Of a stretch of DNA of 64,000 bases, positions 51,911-63,510 are shown one piece after another. The notes beneath the pieces were generated by a model, which did not search any database, had not been told where the DNA came from, and saw only the letters and a list, made by a program, of their open reading frames with translations. The stretch is from Gekko japonicus (Eukaryota). The stretch lies in NCBI RefSeq assembly GCF_001447785.1, contig NW_015168777.1:1-64000 (forward strand), written 5' to 3'. The translations under genes were made by a program, and so were the position numbers. How positions within the stretch are numbered: position 1 is the stretch's first letter; every line of letters starts with the position of its first letter.

Positions 51911-52882
51911 ATGGAGAGACAAAACCAGTCCAGAGTTAGAGAGTTCATTCTTCTGGGCTTTCCCACATCTGTGGAATTCCAAATCTTGCTCTTTGTGGTG
52001 TTCTTCATTGTCTACATATTGGTACTGACTGAGAACATCATAATAATGGTGACTGTCTGGATGAACTTCAACCTCCATAAACCTATGTACTTCTTCCTGT
52101 GCAACTTGTCCTTCCTAGAGATCTGGTATATCACTGTCACCCTTCCTAAGACTATGGCAAATTTCCTGATAGAGAATAAGCGCATCTCCTTTGTGGGCTG
52201 CATGATGCAACTCTATTTCTTCCTGGGATTAGGCTGTACCGAGTGTGTGCTCCTTGCTGTCATGGCCTATGACCGCTATGTTGCCATATGCTTCCCTCTG
52301 CGCTACCCAGTGATCATGACACGCCCTCTCTGTGTCCAACTGGCAGCTACATCATGGATAAGTGGCTTCTTCATCTCTATGTGGAAGGTCCTCCTGATAT
52401 CACAGCTGACTTACTGTGGTCCCAACATCATTAACCACTTCTTTTGTGATGTATCCCCACTTCTGAACTTGTCCTGCACTGACATGTCCTTGTCCGAGCT
52501 GACAGATTTCATCTTAGCCTTGTTTATCCTCCTGACCCCACTCTGTGTCACTGTCCTATCCTACATTTACATCATTGCCACCATCTTGCGGATCCCTTCT
52601 GCCAAAGGCCGGCAGAAAGCCTTCTCCACCTGTGCTTCTCACCTCACAGTGGTTGTCATCTTCTATGCTGCCAGCATTTTCATCTATGCCCGACCCAAAG
52701 CCATCTCTTCCTTCAATTCTAGCAAACTGGTCTCAGTTCTTTATGCTGTTGTAGTCCCTCTTTGCAACCCGATCATTTACTGCCTCAGAAATCAGGAGGT
52801 GAAAGACGCTCTGAAGAAAACTCTGTTCAGGAAACCAGGGCTCTTGGCCTCAGATATGGACATTGGAAAGGGGCAGAAATGA
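51911..52882 (+). CDS. OR6A2: Olfactory receptor OR6A2 / I7-like, 323 aa, intact
   Basis: [70 protein letters not shown] match recalled I7/OR6A2. Confidence 0.92.
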   Translation: MERQNQSRVREFILLGFPTSVEFQILLFVVFFIVYILVLTENIIIMVTVWMNFNLHKPMYFFLCNLSFLEIWYITVTLPKTMANFLIENKRISFVGCMMQLYFFLGLGCTECVLLAVMAYDRYVAICFPLRYPVIMTRPLCVQLAATSWISGFFISMWKVLLISQLTYCGPNIINHFFCDVSPLLNLSCTDMSLSELTDFILALFILLTPLCVTVLSYIYIIATILRIPSAKGRQKAFSTCASHLTVVVIFYAASIFIYARPKAISSFNSSKLVSVLYAVVVPLCNPIIYCLRNQEVKDALKKTLFRKPGLLASDMDIGKGQK

Positions 52883-53107
52883 AGGGGAAAGGTAGGGATT
52901 AGATACTGGTAAGGAAACAACAATGACACAGCAAATCTCTTTTCAATTACATTTTTAAAGAGGGCAAATTTTAAGAGTCATCACTGGAACCAAGGTTCTC
53001 CTCATCTTGGCCAACTTTTAAATGATATAGAACTGAACTATGGATGCAGTTCTGAAAATCTAAATTTGCAAATCTTGCTTTAGCTGGTAACGTTACTGGG
53101 TAAAACA

Positions 53108-53465
53108 GGGTGCGTTCACACGGTCCTTTTGATCATGGTTTGCCGCTTTTCCCTCTCACATTTAAATTTTCCGTTCACATGTGCCAATCTGCCTCCCATG
53201 CCGAAGCAGGCTCACTCTCACAATGGTTCCGGCTTTTCCTGCCCCCTGGAAAATCAAGTATTTTCCTGGCACTTGCTCTTTGAATGTACGATTTTGCCCA
53301 TCTGGACAGCCATCTTTCACAATGATTGTGATTAGGGCTGTGACCACTCTGTGCAATTTTTTTTAAAACCTTCTGCATCTAATCAGCCCAACCCAAAGAA
53401 AAATGTTCCTGATTAAATTAAAGTGGAAACAAAGTGCAATTACCTTGCCGGTGTGACCACAACCA
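53108..53465. mobile_element. Harbinger-like MITE
   Basis: GGGTGCGTTCACAC..GTGTGACCACAACC imperfect TIRs; related element about 6180-6500. Confidence 0.5.
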
Positions 53466-55189
53466 CACACTGCATGATGCAACTCAGGTGCTTGGAATGG
53501 TCAACTTGAAATAAAACAACCTGTGCAAGAAAGCCATGACTAGTTCGGTGCTTTCAAGACCAGTTGGACCCCAGTTATGGTGTTCCCCTGCTGCCTGGAG
53601 GCGTCACAGAGTCATATGCTCTTTTTTAGGTGAAAGGGACATCATTTTGCAATTCTTACATTAAAAGTGGAATCTAAATGGTCTCCAAATGGAGTGAGAT
53701 TGCTGGAGATTGAAAGAGTCCATTCATGAGAACCAAGTTGAGTTAATCATGGTCATGGGACATGGGCTAGATAATTCAAAAATGATCTGAGTTTCTGATT
53801 CACTATTGATTAGTATACAATGCTGATGGACTAGGAACCCTCCATTTCTTTAAAAGAATGTATTTAAAAATCATGGGGATGCATATACAGATGCATTTAA
53901 AGGTCTGGAACAAATATTACAGTGTTTATAAGTAGAAGGTGATATGAAATATAGGGGGAGGAGTCATTTACTCCAAAGGAATACACATGTATAACTACTT
54001 CCTATCTGCACTGATTATATTTTGGGCAATGTGCACAAGGTTCCCAGTCCAGCTTTTCAGACTTCACATAAAGTCACAATTACAGGTTGTGACCCAGCCA
54101 GAATTATCTAACGCTGCAGAATTTTGTTCAGTGCCCAAATTCCACTTTACTTTCATACACTAATTTTCCTGGCTGGGCTGGAGAATATATTTCAGAGATT
54201 ATTTTTCTGATGCTGTGACAAAACATATAGAATGAATGTGCTACATGTGATCCTCCAAATATGCATGATCAGTGCTTCTTAAGAAAGGAGGGAATGTGTG
54301 GATTTTCGGCTTCAGTACATGTGTACCAGACCCCAGATAAATTAGGAGGGGGCATCCAAAGCTGTAATAGATATGCATTGTGCCTTTCAGAAGAATTGGT
54401 GCTCGCGTNNNNNNNNNNNNNNNNNNNNNNNNNNNNNNNNNNNNNNNNNNNNNNNNNNNNNNNNNNTTTAGTAAATGCTTAGACTGTCTTTCAGTGCTGA
54501 TTTTCAGAATAGTTTGTAGTTTAAAAACAATGCAGATTAAAGTTGAGAATAATTAACAATGAAATATATTAAACAAATAAGCCAAACAGTAATCCTTCCA
54601 GTTGGATCTGAAAGTAGAAGTCAAGTCTTCCCTTTAGAAGAACTTGTGGAAAAAGAATATTTTTGTCAATTTCCTAAAAAAAGGTAACCCTTTGAATCTA
54701 ACTTACCTAAGGCATCCCTTGATGGAGCCTGTTCTATAACTTTGGGGCAACTACTGAAAAGGCCTTGACTCTTAAGAGATGTTTGCACTGCTTCTCACAC
54801 TAAGTCTGTTGTCTGACTGCAGCCCTAGACTGTGAAAACAGGGAGCTAGATCTAGCCAGCTTTTTCTCTCAAACTTGGCCAATCTTTACTCCAGTCCCTT
54901 GTTCCATGTGGCTTTTGAATATCCAGTGTCCATGATCCCCCATTTTGACTGGTTGCATTGGGCTTCTCTTTTGCTTTTCACTGGCACAAAACTTGGTTGG
55001 ATCTAATCCAGGGAACACAGATGCGTCCTTGTGTGTATACCAGCCAGAAAAGGTCAGACCCCCCAGTGCCTGTGTGAGGGAAGTGTCACTACTCAGCATG
55101 GGTTGTAGGCCATTAATCATATGTTGAACTGGCTTGAGTTTTGAGCTGTATGTGAACACGAAAGGTGTTATGTGAACATATGACCTTTT

Positions 55190-55782
55190 CTTGCTTACAG
55201 ACAGCCTGCTAACCTAAAACAACTATTCACCTGCAGTGATAAACTACTTAACAGTAACATGGGCTTTGGTACCAAGGACTGCAACAAACCAAGATACCAA
55301 CTTTGCTCTTCTGTAGATCCTAGCAACACAATCAGTAGACCCAGCAACATCAGCCAGACCATCTCAGATTCATACTTCTCTCATCCTCTGATGTGGTTTA
55401 TGCCATCACATGTCAGTAATGCCCTTCCACCCTTTACATTGGACAAACAGGCCAGTCCCTACAACAAAGAATAAATGGACATAAGTCTTGACATTAGAAA
55501 CTACAACGTTCAAAAACCAGTGGGGGAACATTTAATCCTTCCAGACATTCAGTTGCTGGCCTAAGAGCAGCAGTTCTCTTACAAAGGAATTTCAAAGGGA
55601 GATTAGAAAGAGAGACTACTGAATTGCAACTGATAATAAAGCTCAAGACAATGCATCTTCCTGGACTGAATCGAGACCTAGGTTTCCTGTCTCATTACCA
55701 ATGCTGATTTCTCCACCCTTACTATCCCTCTGCATATCACACCTGATCCAATCACTCCTGCTATTGTCATTCACCTGCTAAT
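55190..55782 (+). mobile_element. Penelope-like element 3' part (GIY-YIG endonuclease), degenerate
   Basis: VVYAITCQ*CPSTLYIGQTGQSLQQRINGHKS..KPVGEH..PGLNRDLGFLSHY. Confidence 0.85.
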
Positions 55783-56395
55783 AACAACAACAATAATACA
55801 GTCCACACTAAACAATGGCCCAAAAACCAGCAAATAACAACTGTGTACTGCACAAACCCACACCAAAGTTAACAAAAAGAGACTTCAACACAAAGGTAAT
55901 TCAACACATGTAATCTATCATAGGAAAATACAAAAGTCCACAATATCCCAAAGGGAAAGAACAAAGTCCAGAACAGAAATTTCTCAAAGGGAAACAATGA
56001 AGTCTGGAATAGATATCTAAGCTTTAGAAAGCACCTACCAAGGTTGCTATTATGTAAGTTGGACCAAACATGCCTCCATGGAGACCTGGCCCATATAGAA
56101 ACTGAATAAAGTTTGCCTGTTAAGAAATTGCAATGAAACTTCCTGTAGTGGCTTTTTGTTCCTGAGGAAGGACCAGAAGTCCAAAACACTGAACAATACC
56201 TAGGAAAAGTGTTGATATCTATTCCAGACTTCATTGTTTCCCTTTGAGAAATTTCTATTCTTGACTTTGTTATTTCCCTTTGGGATATTGTTGACTTTTG
56301 TATTTTCCTATGATGGATTACATGTGTTGAATTACCTTTGTGTTGAAGTCTCTTTTTGTTAACTTTGGTGCGGGTTTGGGCAGTACACAGTTGTT
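55783..56395. mobile_element. Fold-back Penelope-type insert with about 185-bp inverted arms
   Basis: 55833-56016 is inverted at 56214-56398; flanked by ATTCACCTGCTAAT (55769-55782, 56396-56409). Confidence 0.8.
56156..56196 (+). ncRNA. Minimal hammerhead ribozyme relic
   Basis: TTGTTC-CTGAGGAA-GGAC cagaa GTCC-AAAAC-ACT-GAACAA: stems I and II intact, GAAA core mutated. Confidence 0.65.
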
Positions 56396-56484
56396 ATTCA
56401 CCTGCTAATGTCATTTGGCACCTGAAATCACTCCAGTCTCCAAGATATAAGGAAGAAGTGAGTGGTGACTCGTGAAAGTGCATT

Positions 56485-56635
56485 TTTGTTGTTCAGTCGC
56501 ACAGTCGAGTCCAACTCTTCGCGACCCCATGGACTCGATCCCGCCAGGCCCTCCTGTCTTCCGCTGTCCTCTGAAGTTTGCTCAGTTTCATGTTCATTGC
56601 ATCGTTGCATCGATGACACTGTCCAACCATCTGCT
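56485..56635 (-). mobile_element. BovB/RTE LINE 3' fragment
   Basis: AGATGGTTGGACAGTGTCATC..ATGAAACTGAGCAAACT..GTCCATGGGGTCGCGAAGAGTTGGACTCGACT, (CAA)n tail. Confidence 0.8.
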
Positions 56636-56669
56636 ATGCAGTTTTCTGTGAGGAAGGGTGCTTCTGGGC

Positions 56670-57256
56670 TAGGGATGGGCACAAACCATTTCATAAACCA
56701 AAGTTCTTGATTAATTTTGGCTGGTTCGTGGTTCATAAACTGAAGTTTGTGGCAAGTCTACCATCACAAATTTTCATGATTTTTATGCAGTCCATGGGCA
56801 GTTTGTGGTGGTTCATGAATGGGGGCATTGGGGGCCATAACTCAGACTCCCTAAATCCAATCTGTACATAACTTGGTGGGCACATAGAGAAGCATGGGGG
56901 GTCCTCTGCTAGTTTGATGACTCTAGCTAGCACAGGGTCCCTTCTATACACTCCTGAACCTGAATCTGTTATTTCCCCAGAAATCACTTTCCTGGGGGCA
57001 CCTTTTTTGGGAGCCCATAACTTAGACCCCATAAATCCTCACCAAACTTAGAAGGCAGGTAGAGGAGAGTCAGCCAGAGATCACCTGTGCGTTTGATGTC
57101 TCTAGCATGCCTGGGAGCCATTCTGCCCATCACAAACTATCACTAGTCCGATTTGTTTGCCTGGAAGCCTTCCAGTTCTGTTTGGTTCATGGCCTGTGAA
57201 CTGGGCATGCCACAAACCAAAATGAACTGCATTTTTCTGGTTCATGCCCATCCCTA
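56670..57256. mobile_element. hAT MITE
   Basis: TIR TAGGGATGGGCA / TGCCCATCCCTA; TSD TTCTGGGC/TTCTTGAC. Confidence 0.8.
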
Positions 57257-57319
57257 TTCTTGACACATTCAGGGAAGCCATTCCACAAGCACTGGTGATT
57301 TTAACCATCCTGCAAGAGG

Positions 57320-58185
57320 TGATAGATAGGAAAAAGTATAAGTTAGCCTATCTAAGTGTCTTTTTTGTTTTCTATTTGTGTTGGAGTCTTGTGTAAAGTT
57401 CTGATATATGTTCCTGTAATGATTCCTTGTTTTATATGTGTGTGTGTCTCTTTAAAAGTTTGGTTGCATGGCTGTGTGATGGACTAGAGTGCTTGAAGAG
57501 ACAAGTGTGGTGTGATTGGTGATTGACAGAGAGGGTGAGGGGTTTTAGAAAGGGTTTCTGAGTGGATGAATGGGTATGTCCTTCAGGAGTGATAGTTAGA
57601 GGTTTGACAGTTTAGACAGTTGATGAAGATAGTGGAACTTAGTTTTAGTTTTTCTGAGGTCTGTGAGAGAAGCAGAGAAAAGTTGAGTTAGTTCTGTGTA
57701 TGAAGGAAGTTAGAGAGAATAAGAAAAAGTAAATGAAAGCTTAATTGAAGAGAAAATATAAGAAAGGCTGTATGTCCTGTTAAACTGGAGAGTAACAGTG
57801 AACTTATAAGACCTTGAGTTAAAGTTACATAGTTACCTGAAAAATCCCTGACAGACAGGGAGCTGATCTTGTGTGAGACACTAAGCAATGGTTGAAAATA
57901 TTCACATTACTGGTTACATTGTTCTACACTTTTATTTATGAACTGTTTCAATAAATCTTCTTTTATTTAAGTCTGCCAGCTCTGAAAGAAATAATTTCTC
58001 AGGAAACACATAGACCCTCATGAGACTTAAAAACTCGACCTACCTATCCAGTGATAGCCAAAAGAAAGTATAAAGGTTTGGAAAGCCTAAAATTTCCTGG
58101 TGGCAGCCTAACCTACCCAGTTGAACAAAATAAAAAGAACACTTTAAAGTGAAACCAGGCCTCCTCAGATTAAGGGGTCGTCACA
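57320..58185 (+). mobile_element. Probable solo LTR (Gypsy-like)
   Basis: ATTGG box, AATAAA at about 57950, GGTGGCAGC and terminal GGGGTCGTCACA; 5' end and TSD unclear. Confidence 0.5.
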
Positions 58186-58736
58186 GTTCCTCTTGTAAAA
58201 AAAAAATCTCTTATCTGTTTTCTCCCTTAAGGAAAGTTGTGGTTATTTGGCGTGCACCCTGGGTCTTGTAAGAGAAGATCTCACAAGCTTGTGGAGTGTT
58301 CCTAAATCACCTGAGCTGGAATTGGCAACACCGTGTGAGAGCACCTTCATTTGGGCCTCTTATCCTTGGTCTGGAAGGGGAGCCTTAAAGTGGGGGTGCA
58401 CCAAAATATGACAAGTATACATCCTAAGCAATGTCCTCTTCATTTTGCTATGCACAAGGGAAAATAAAAGCTCTCTTCTGGGCATGCTCCCTTCACATTT
58501 GGGAAATACTGTATCTGTTCTGTAGATTAGAACATGCCAGCACTCTAGGGACTGAGTCTGAAGTGAGGAAATATTATTTTAAAGTGGCAAGTGGCAAGAA
58601 CATCTCATTAAACTCAGCTCTGTGTAGAAAGACCTTCCAGCTCATTATAGCTCTGAAAACACAACTATGAGATGTTTGATGCTTCAAAAGGAATGATACT
58701 TCAGGAGGAAACAAGGGTCCTATCCTGCACTTTGGA

Positions 58737-58823
58737 AATCAAAGTTTGAGTCTAGTGGCACCTTTAAGACCAACAAAGTTTTATTCAAGGTATGAGCTTT
58801 CGTGTGCACACGCACTTCCTCCG
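58737..58823 (-). mobile_element. Penelope pLTR fragment with hammerhead relic
   Basis: CGGAGGAA-GTGCGT gt GCACAC-GAAAGCTC-ATACC..AATAAA..AAAGGTGCCAC; related decayed pieces at 50570-50900 and 47830-47890. Confidence 0.75.
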
Positions 58824-60602
58824 TGGAAGTCAAGTGAGAGGTGATCTTCTACCATGGTGTCATCACTTTGACAAAGAAGAGTAATAATTTTGGTGCAGAT
58901 GTTTAAACAGATTTACTAAAACAACTGTGGGGCTGTCAGATTGAGCTAACTGATCAATATTCTCTTCTGTGCATTCTCAGACACTTTCATACTCTTAGTC
59001 GGTTGGAATGGGAAGGTGAAGAAAACTGTTAAGCTATACCTTCTGCCACATTCATGCCTGCAGTTTTTTGAAGTAAGAGTTATTTGGCTCTGAAGGTTTT
59101 GATGTTGTAGAATGAAAAGGCTGGGATTGTCCATGCTTGGGGAAAGGCTAGGATGGTCTGCCTCTGTCAAAATGTGTGAGGGAGACCACGATGATTGGAA
59201 CTTTCAACTTCTTGGAACCATTTGTTCAATAATTAATGCAGAGGTTGGGAAAAAGAAATGGTATCAAGAAAAAAATACTTATATTTAGTCATATCATATT
59301 TACATTTTTGGGAATATGTGGGTATGTGGGTATGTAAGCATGAAAAAAACGATGTGGTTCAACTTAGTGCATGTTGGAATCAGCAGACACAAGAAGAATT
59401 TGCATGTCAATTAATGCTAACATGGAAGATCATTCAAGCAGAAAATCCTCAACCTGCAATTTGAAGAAATGCAGTTCAACAACTGATGCAGCATATGCAT
59501 CTCCCTAAATCAGGTTTTAGCACTTATACAGGGAATTCTTATTCTCCTCACTGATATAAGCAGTTAGGAGTTTCCTAAACATGAGCATTTCCCCCATTTT
59601 TCCATTCCTCCCACCCCTTTCTCATCATTATTGGAGCTGCAGGGAAATTTGATGGAGTGCATTTCAGAAAGAAACATGAATGCCTCAGTCTGGTCCTGCA
59701 GAATAGGACACATAGCATAAGAGCTGGTGCAGACATAGTGTGGTGCACCACAGCTTGAGTGTTCTGCAATTTGTCTTTTTGTGACACACATGATTCCATT
59801 CTATGCAGAAGCCTTATATCCCCAGAAACAAAGAAGGAATATTAATGTCATTTGTATCACACAGTGTCTTGGTGAATTGTGGGTGTTTCCCTGATGTCAA
59901 GAATTGTGGCAATCTTTGAACTAAAACTAGCAGCGACATTTGGGCTACATCACTTCTGTCATGGTGCTTCTATGCACATGGTGTACAAAACATGTATGGT
60001 GTACTAACCCTGAAAACATTCTGGGTTGGATCAAACCAGGTCTTCTGCAGATTCCTTTTTGATCTCCCAAAAAGACTATGTTGGAGATTACAGGATTTAT
60101 ATGGACAAAGCCATGTGGAATGGGGGGGGCTGTCAGAAGGAGGAAAGTTGGGTCAGATTCAGCAAAAGGAATCCAACCTATGAAGTATGAATGTGTAAGA
60201 ATGGATTTAGAATATGTGTCTGATCAGGTACACTCACCAGAGAAGCATCATAAGGTTGAATGGCCTTCTGGCCTCAAGGGTGTATTTTAGTACTAATTGT
60301 CTTGCTGGTAGTTTTAAATAGTTCCTAAACCTAATCTCTCAGAACAATTTTGCTCACGTGTCCTTTTCTCTTTCAGGGGTAAATTATTTCAAGTAAGATA
60401 ACCATTGCACCAAGGAGCTGTTTTTCAAAGACGCCACCAGTAGGATATTCTGTAACATGTAGAGGGCTTCTGCTATAAATTGCTGAAATCCCAAATTTAC
60501 CATGATCTCACAAGGATAAAACTGTCACACTGCTAACCCAAAAACCCAATTTTCTCAATTTTAACTCCAATCAATATGTCACTCTTCATCCCACCAAACA
60601 AC

Positions 60603-61535
60603 ATGGAGAACTGCACGATGATCACACAGTTCATTTTAGTGGGATTCCAAGATGACCCTGAATTGCAGCTTGGGCTATGCTTACTCTTTGTGCTGCTATA
60701 TATCATCACCTTGATGGGGAATATTGGCATGATCACTCTCATCACTGTTGATGCACAACTCCACAGTCCTATGTACTACTTTCTGAAGAACTTATCCTTC
60801 TTAGATATCTGCTATTCTTCAGTCATCACTCCCAAGGCCATACTAAACTTTGCAACCAGAAACAAGGGCATCTCCTACAATGAATGTGCCATCCAAATGT
60901 TCTTCTTCTCTCTCTTTGGGACTACAGAGTGTTTTTTCTTGGCTGTAATGGCCTATGACAGGTTCAATGCCATCTGCAACCCTTTGCTTTATCATACGAC
61001 CATGTCCCAAAAAATCTGTGCACTTCTAGTGGCTGTATCATACTTCTTTGGCTTTTTAAATTGTTGTACACAGACGGGCCTCACTTTCAGCTTGCCTTAT
61101 TGTGAGTCAGGTGAGGTCAACCAGTTCTTTTGTGATGTCCCAGCTGTTATGCATGCCTCTCACACAGACACTTTTGTCAATGAAATTGTACTCCTAGTAA
61201 TGTGTGGGTTTATCATAGTTGTGACAGCTACAATTGTCCTAGTCTCCTATGGCTACATTGTTGCTACAATCTTGTGCATACCTTCTGTTCAAGGAAGACA
61301 CAAAGCCTTCTCAACGTGTACTTCTCACATCATGGCTGTAACCTTGTTCTATGGGACAGCTTTCTTTATGTATGGCCAACTTGGGACCATGGCTTCTCCC
61401 AACCAAGGCAAAGTAGTCTCTGTTTTTTACACCATTGTCATCCCAATGTTGAACCCAGTCATATACAGCCTAAGGAACAAAGAAGTCAAAGATGCCCTAG
61501 GGAGACAACTCAAAAAAATGTCTTTTTTCCAGTAA
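60603..61535 (+). CDS. Olfactory receptor OR9S / Olfr12-like, 310 aa, open frame
   Basis: DAQLHSPMYYFLKNLSF, FFFSLFGTTE, MAYDRF, CGFIIV..VLVSYGYI, GRHKAFSTC, QGKVVSVFYT match recalled Olfr12/OR9S. Confidence 0.88.
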   Translation: MENCTMITQFILVGFQDDPELQLGLCLLFVLLYIITLMGNIGMITLITVDAQLHSPMYYFLKNLSFLDICYSSVITPKAILNFATRNKGISYNECAIQMFFFSLFGTTECFFLAVMAYDRFNAICNPLLYHTTMSQKICALLVAVSYFFGFLNCCTQTGLTFSLPYCESGEVNQFFCDVPAVMHASHTDTFVNEIVLLVMCGFIIVVTATIVLVSYGYIVATILCIPSVQGRHKAFSTCTSHIMAVTLFYGTAFFMYGQLGTMASPNQGKVVSVFYTIVIPMLNPVIYSLRNKEVKDALGRQLKKMSFFQ

Positions 61536-63149
61536 ACACCCAGCAGTGGTGTTCAGTATGCAAAACGAATTCACAGGATTGTAAATTTTATTTCAGCCAT
61601 TGGGTTGGATCCAGCCAGTTTTTCCACTCATTCTTGTCCAATTTCCCTCCTTGCTTCAACCCCTGTCCCACCTGGCTTTTGTACATACAGGTTACATGAT
61701 CCCCAGCATCACCTGTTTTGGTGGCCAAAGGGGACCACTTCTTTCTTCGATACTAGCAGAAATTGTGGTTACAGCCAGCCCCTGCTATTTCAGATGGTTC
61801 CATTTGTACTTGATGAAACACGACCAGATATTTAAACTGTTTGTCACAGTCTGAGCTAAAGCACGGTTCTATTGAATGTCTATCACCTATTTTCTGCTCT
61901 TTTTTTCTTACATCCCTTCACTATTTTTGTCTTTCTTTTTGTCTTTCTTTCATGAATTGAGATGTTATTACAATCTCCTGTTAGATACGTTCCTTTAATT
62001 TTTATTCATGTATTGTTAAATGAGTTTCTGTACAGGTATAGCATTCCTATGTAACCATGCTAAGCTTTCCAATGGCTGTATTTTATATAAAGAGAAAACA
62101 AACTGCAGTCCTGCATAGCTTCACACACAGGTCCACACATGGTCACTCTCTCTCTCTCTTGCACATAGAAGGGACAGCTTCCTTTCTCATATTCCTCCAC
62201 ATGAAAAGGACTATTCTCTGCCTTAGGATTTGGAGACCACAAGCCTGCCAGGCCCAGCTTGGCCAAGAAATAAGTGTTAATGTATCAAAGAGGTGCTGTT
62301 AAGTCTGTCCAGTTTGGTTAGGCTTTTCTCAGCCTGGGTGTCTCCTCAAAGCTCTTCAATCACCATATTTTATTCATTCATTCATTTATGCCTCGATGAC
62401 AACCCAAAGTGGCTTACATCACTCTCGTCTCCTCCCTTTCATCCTCACAACAACGCTGTGAGATAAGTTAGCCTGAGAGACTGTGACTGGCCCAAGGTCA
62501 CCCAGTGAAATGCCATGGCATGAATAAGGACTTGAACCAAGGTTTCCCAGATACTAGGCCATCACTATTAGACCACACTGGCAAGCGGAGTAACCAAGTA
62601 CAAAGGGAGATAGGGTGAAAGTGGAAAATATTCAATAAAACCAACTGGCACCCACAAATTTTGTCCCTGAGGGATAAGGAACCCCAGGAACAGGATTGGG
62701 AGGATATATTTCAGGCTACAGCAGGAAGCAGAAGGTGAGAAAAATGTGCTCCATGAGTGCAAAACCTTCTGCCTATGGAAAACCTCCAGGAGGGTCTAAC
62801 TCCTCAGAATTATAGTTTACAATATACAAGGTGATGACCACTTCAAGGCCTGCCTGATTTTATGGATGGCCCTGGGTGGGGGTGGGGAGATGAAAGATAC
62901 ACTCTGGCCTTAGGGATTCCTTCCTGCCCTTAGGCATAAACATCCAGTTTTAAGAACTACAGGTCAGATCCTACCTACCAGCTTTTATGACTGGTCTTGG
63001 CCATTTCATCTTCTCATTATATTCCCCATCCTATGTGGCTTTTGTCCATGCAGGTCTCACAAAACCCAGCATAACTTTTTTTGGGGTGGCCAAAATATCC
63101 CCTCCTGGTTTTTGTTTACCAATGGAAAAGCTCTTGCATCTAACACTGT

Positions 63150-63510
63150 ACCACCGGTGCTATATCAAGATGGAGCTCTTCCGCCAGGCCTTTGAGTAGG
63201 AGCTGTCGCCCTACTATACCCCCACTGTCATGGTATCTTAAAGGATGCACCGACGAGGCCCAGAGGATGAACCTAGAAAATGTAAAGAAGATGTTTGGGC
63301 ACAAATATCATGGGAGTACCACCTGGAACTGTGTTGATTCCATCTTGGATTTATGATATCTGTAATTGATTGAGCACCGTTGTTTTTAAGTGTTGGATGT
63401 TCTTATTATGTTTTATATGTTTTAATTATGGCACGGCTAATTACCTTGCCCTTGTTAGCTGCCCTGAGCCCGTTGGGGAGGGTGGGATACAAATGTGAAA
63501 AAATAAAAAA
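63150..63510 (+). mobile_element. L2 3' end fragment
   Basis: CTCTTCCGCCAGGCCTTTG..GCTGCCCTGAGCCC..GGGAGGGTGGGATACAAAT. Confidence 0.55.

Noticed and set aside
53013-53025. AACTTTTAAATGA, 12/13 match to the H/P 13-mer
   Set aside because: The mismatch destroys the TAAT core, it lies in a probable 3' UTR, and it is expected by chance in AT-rich DNA.
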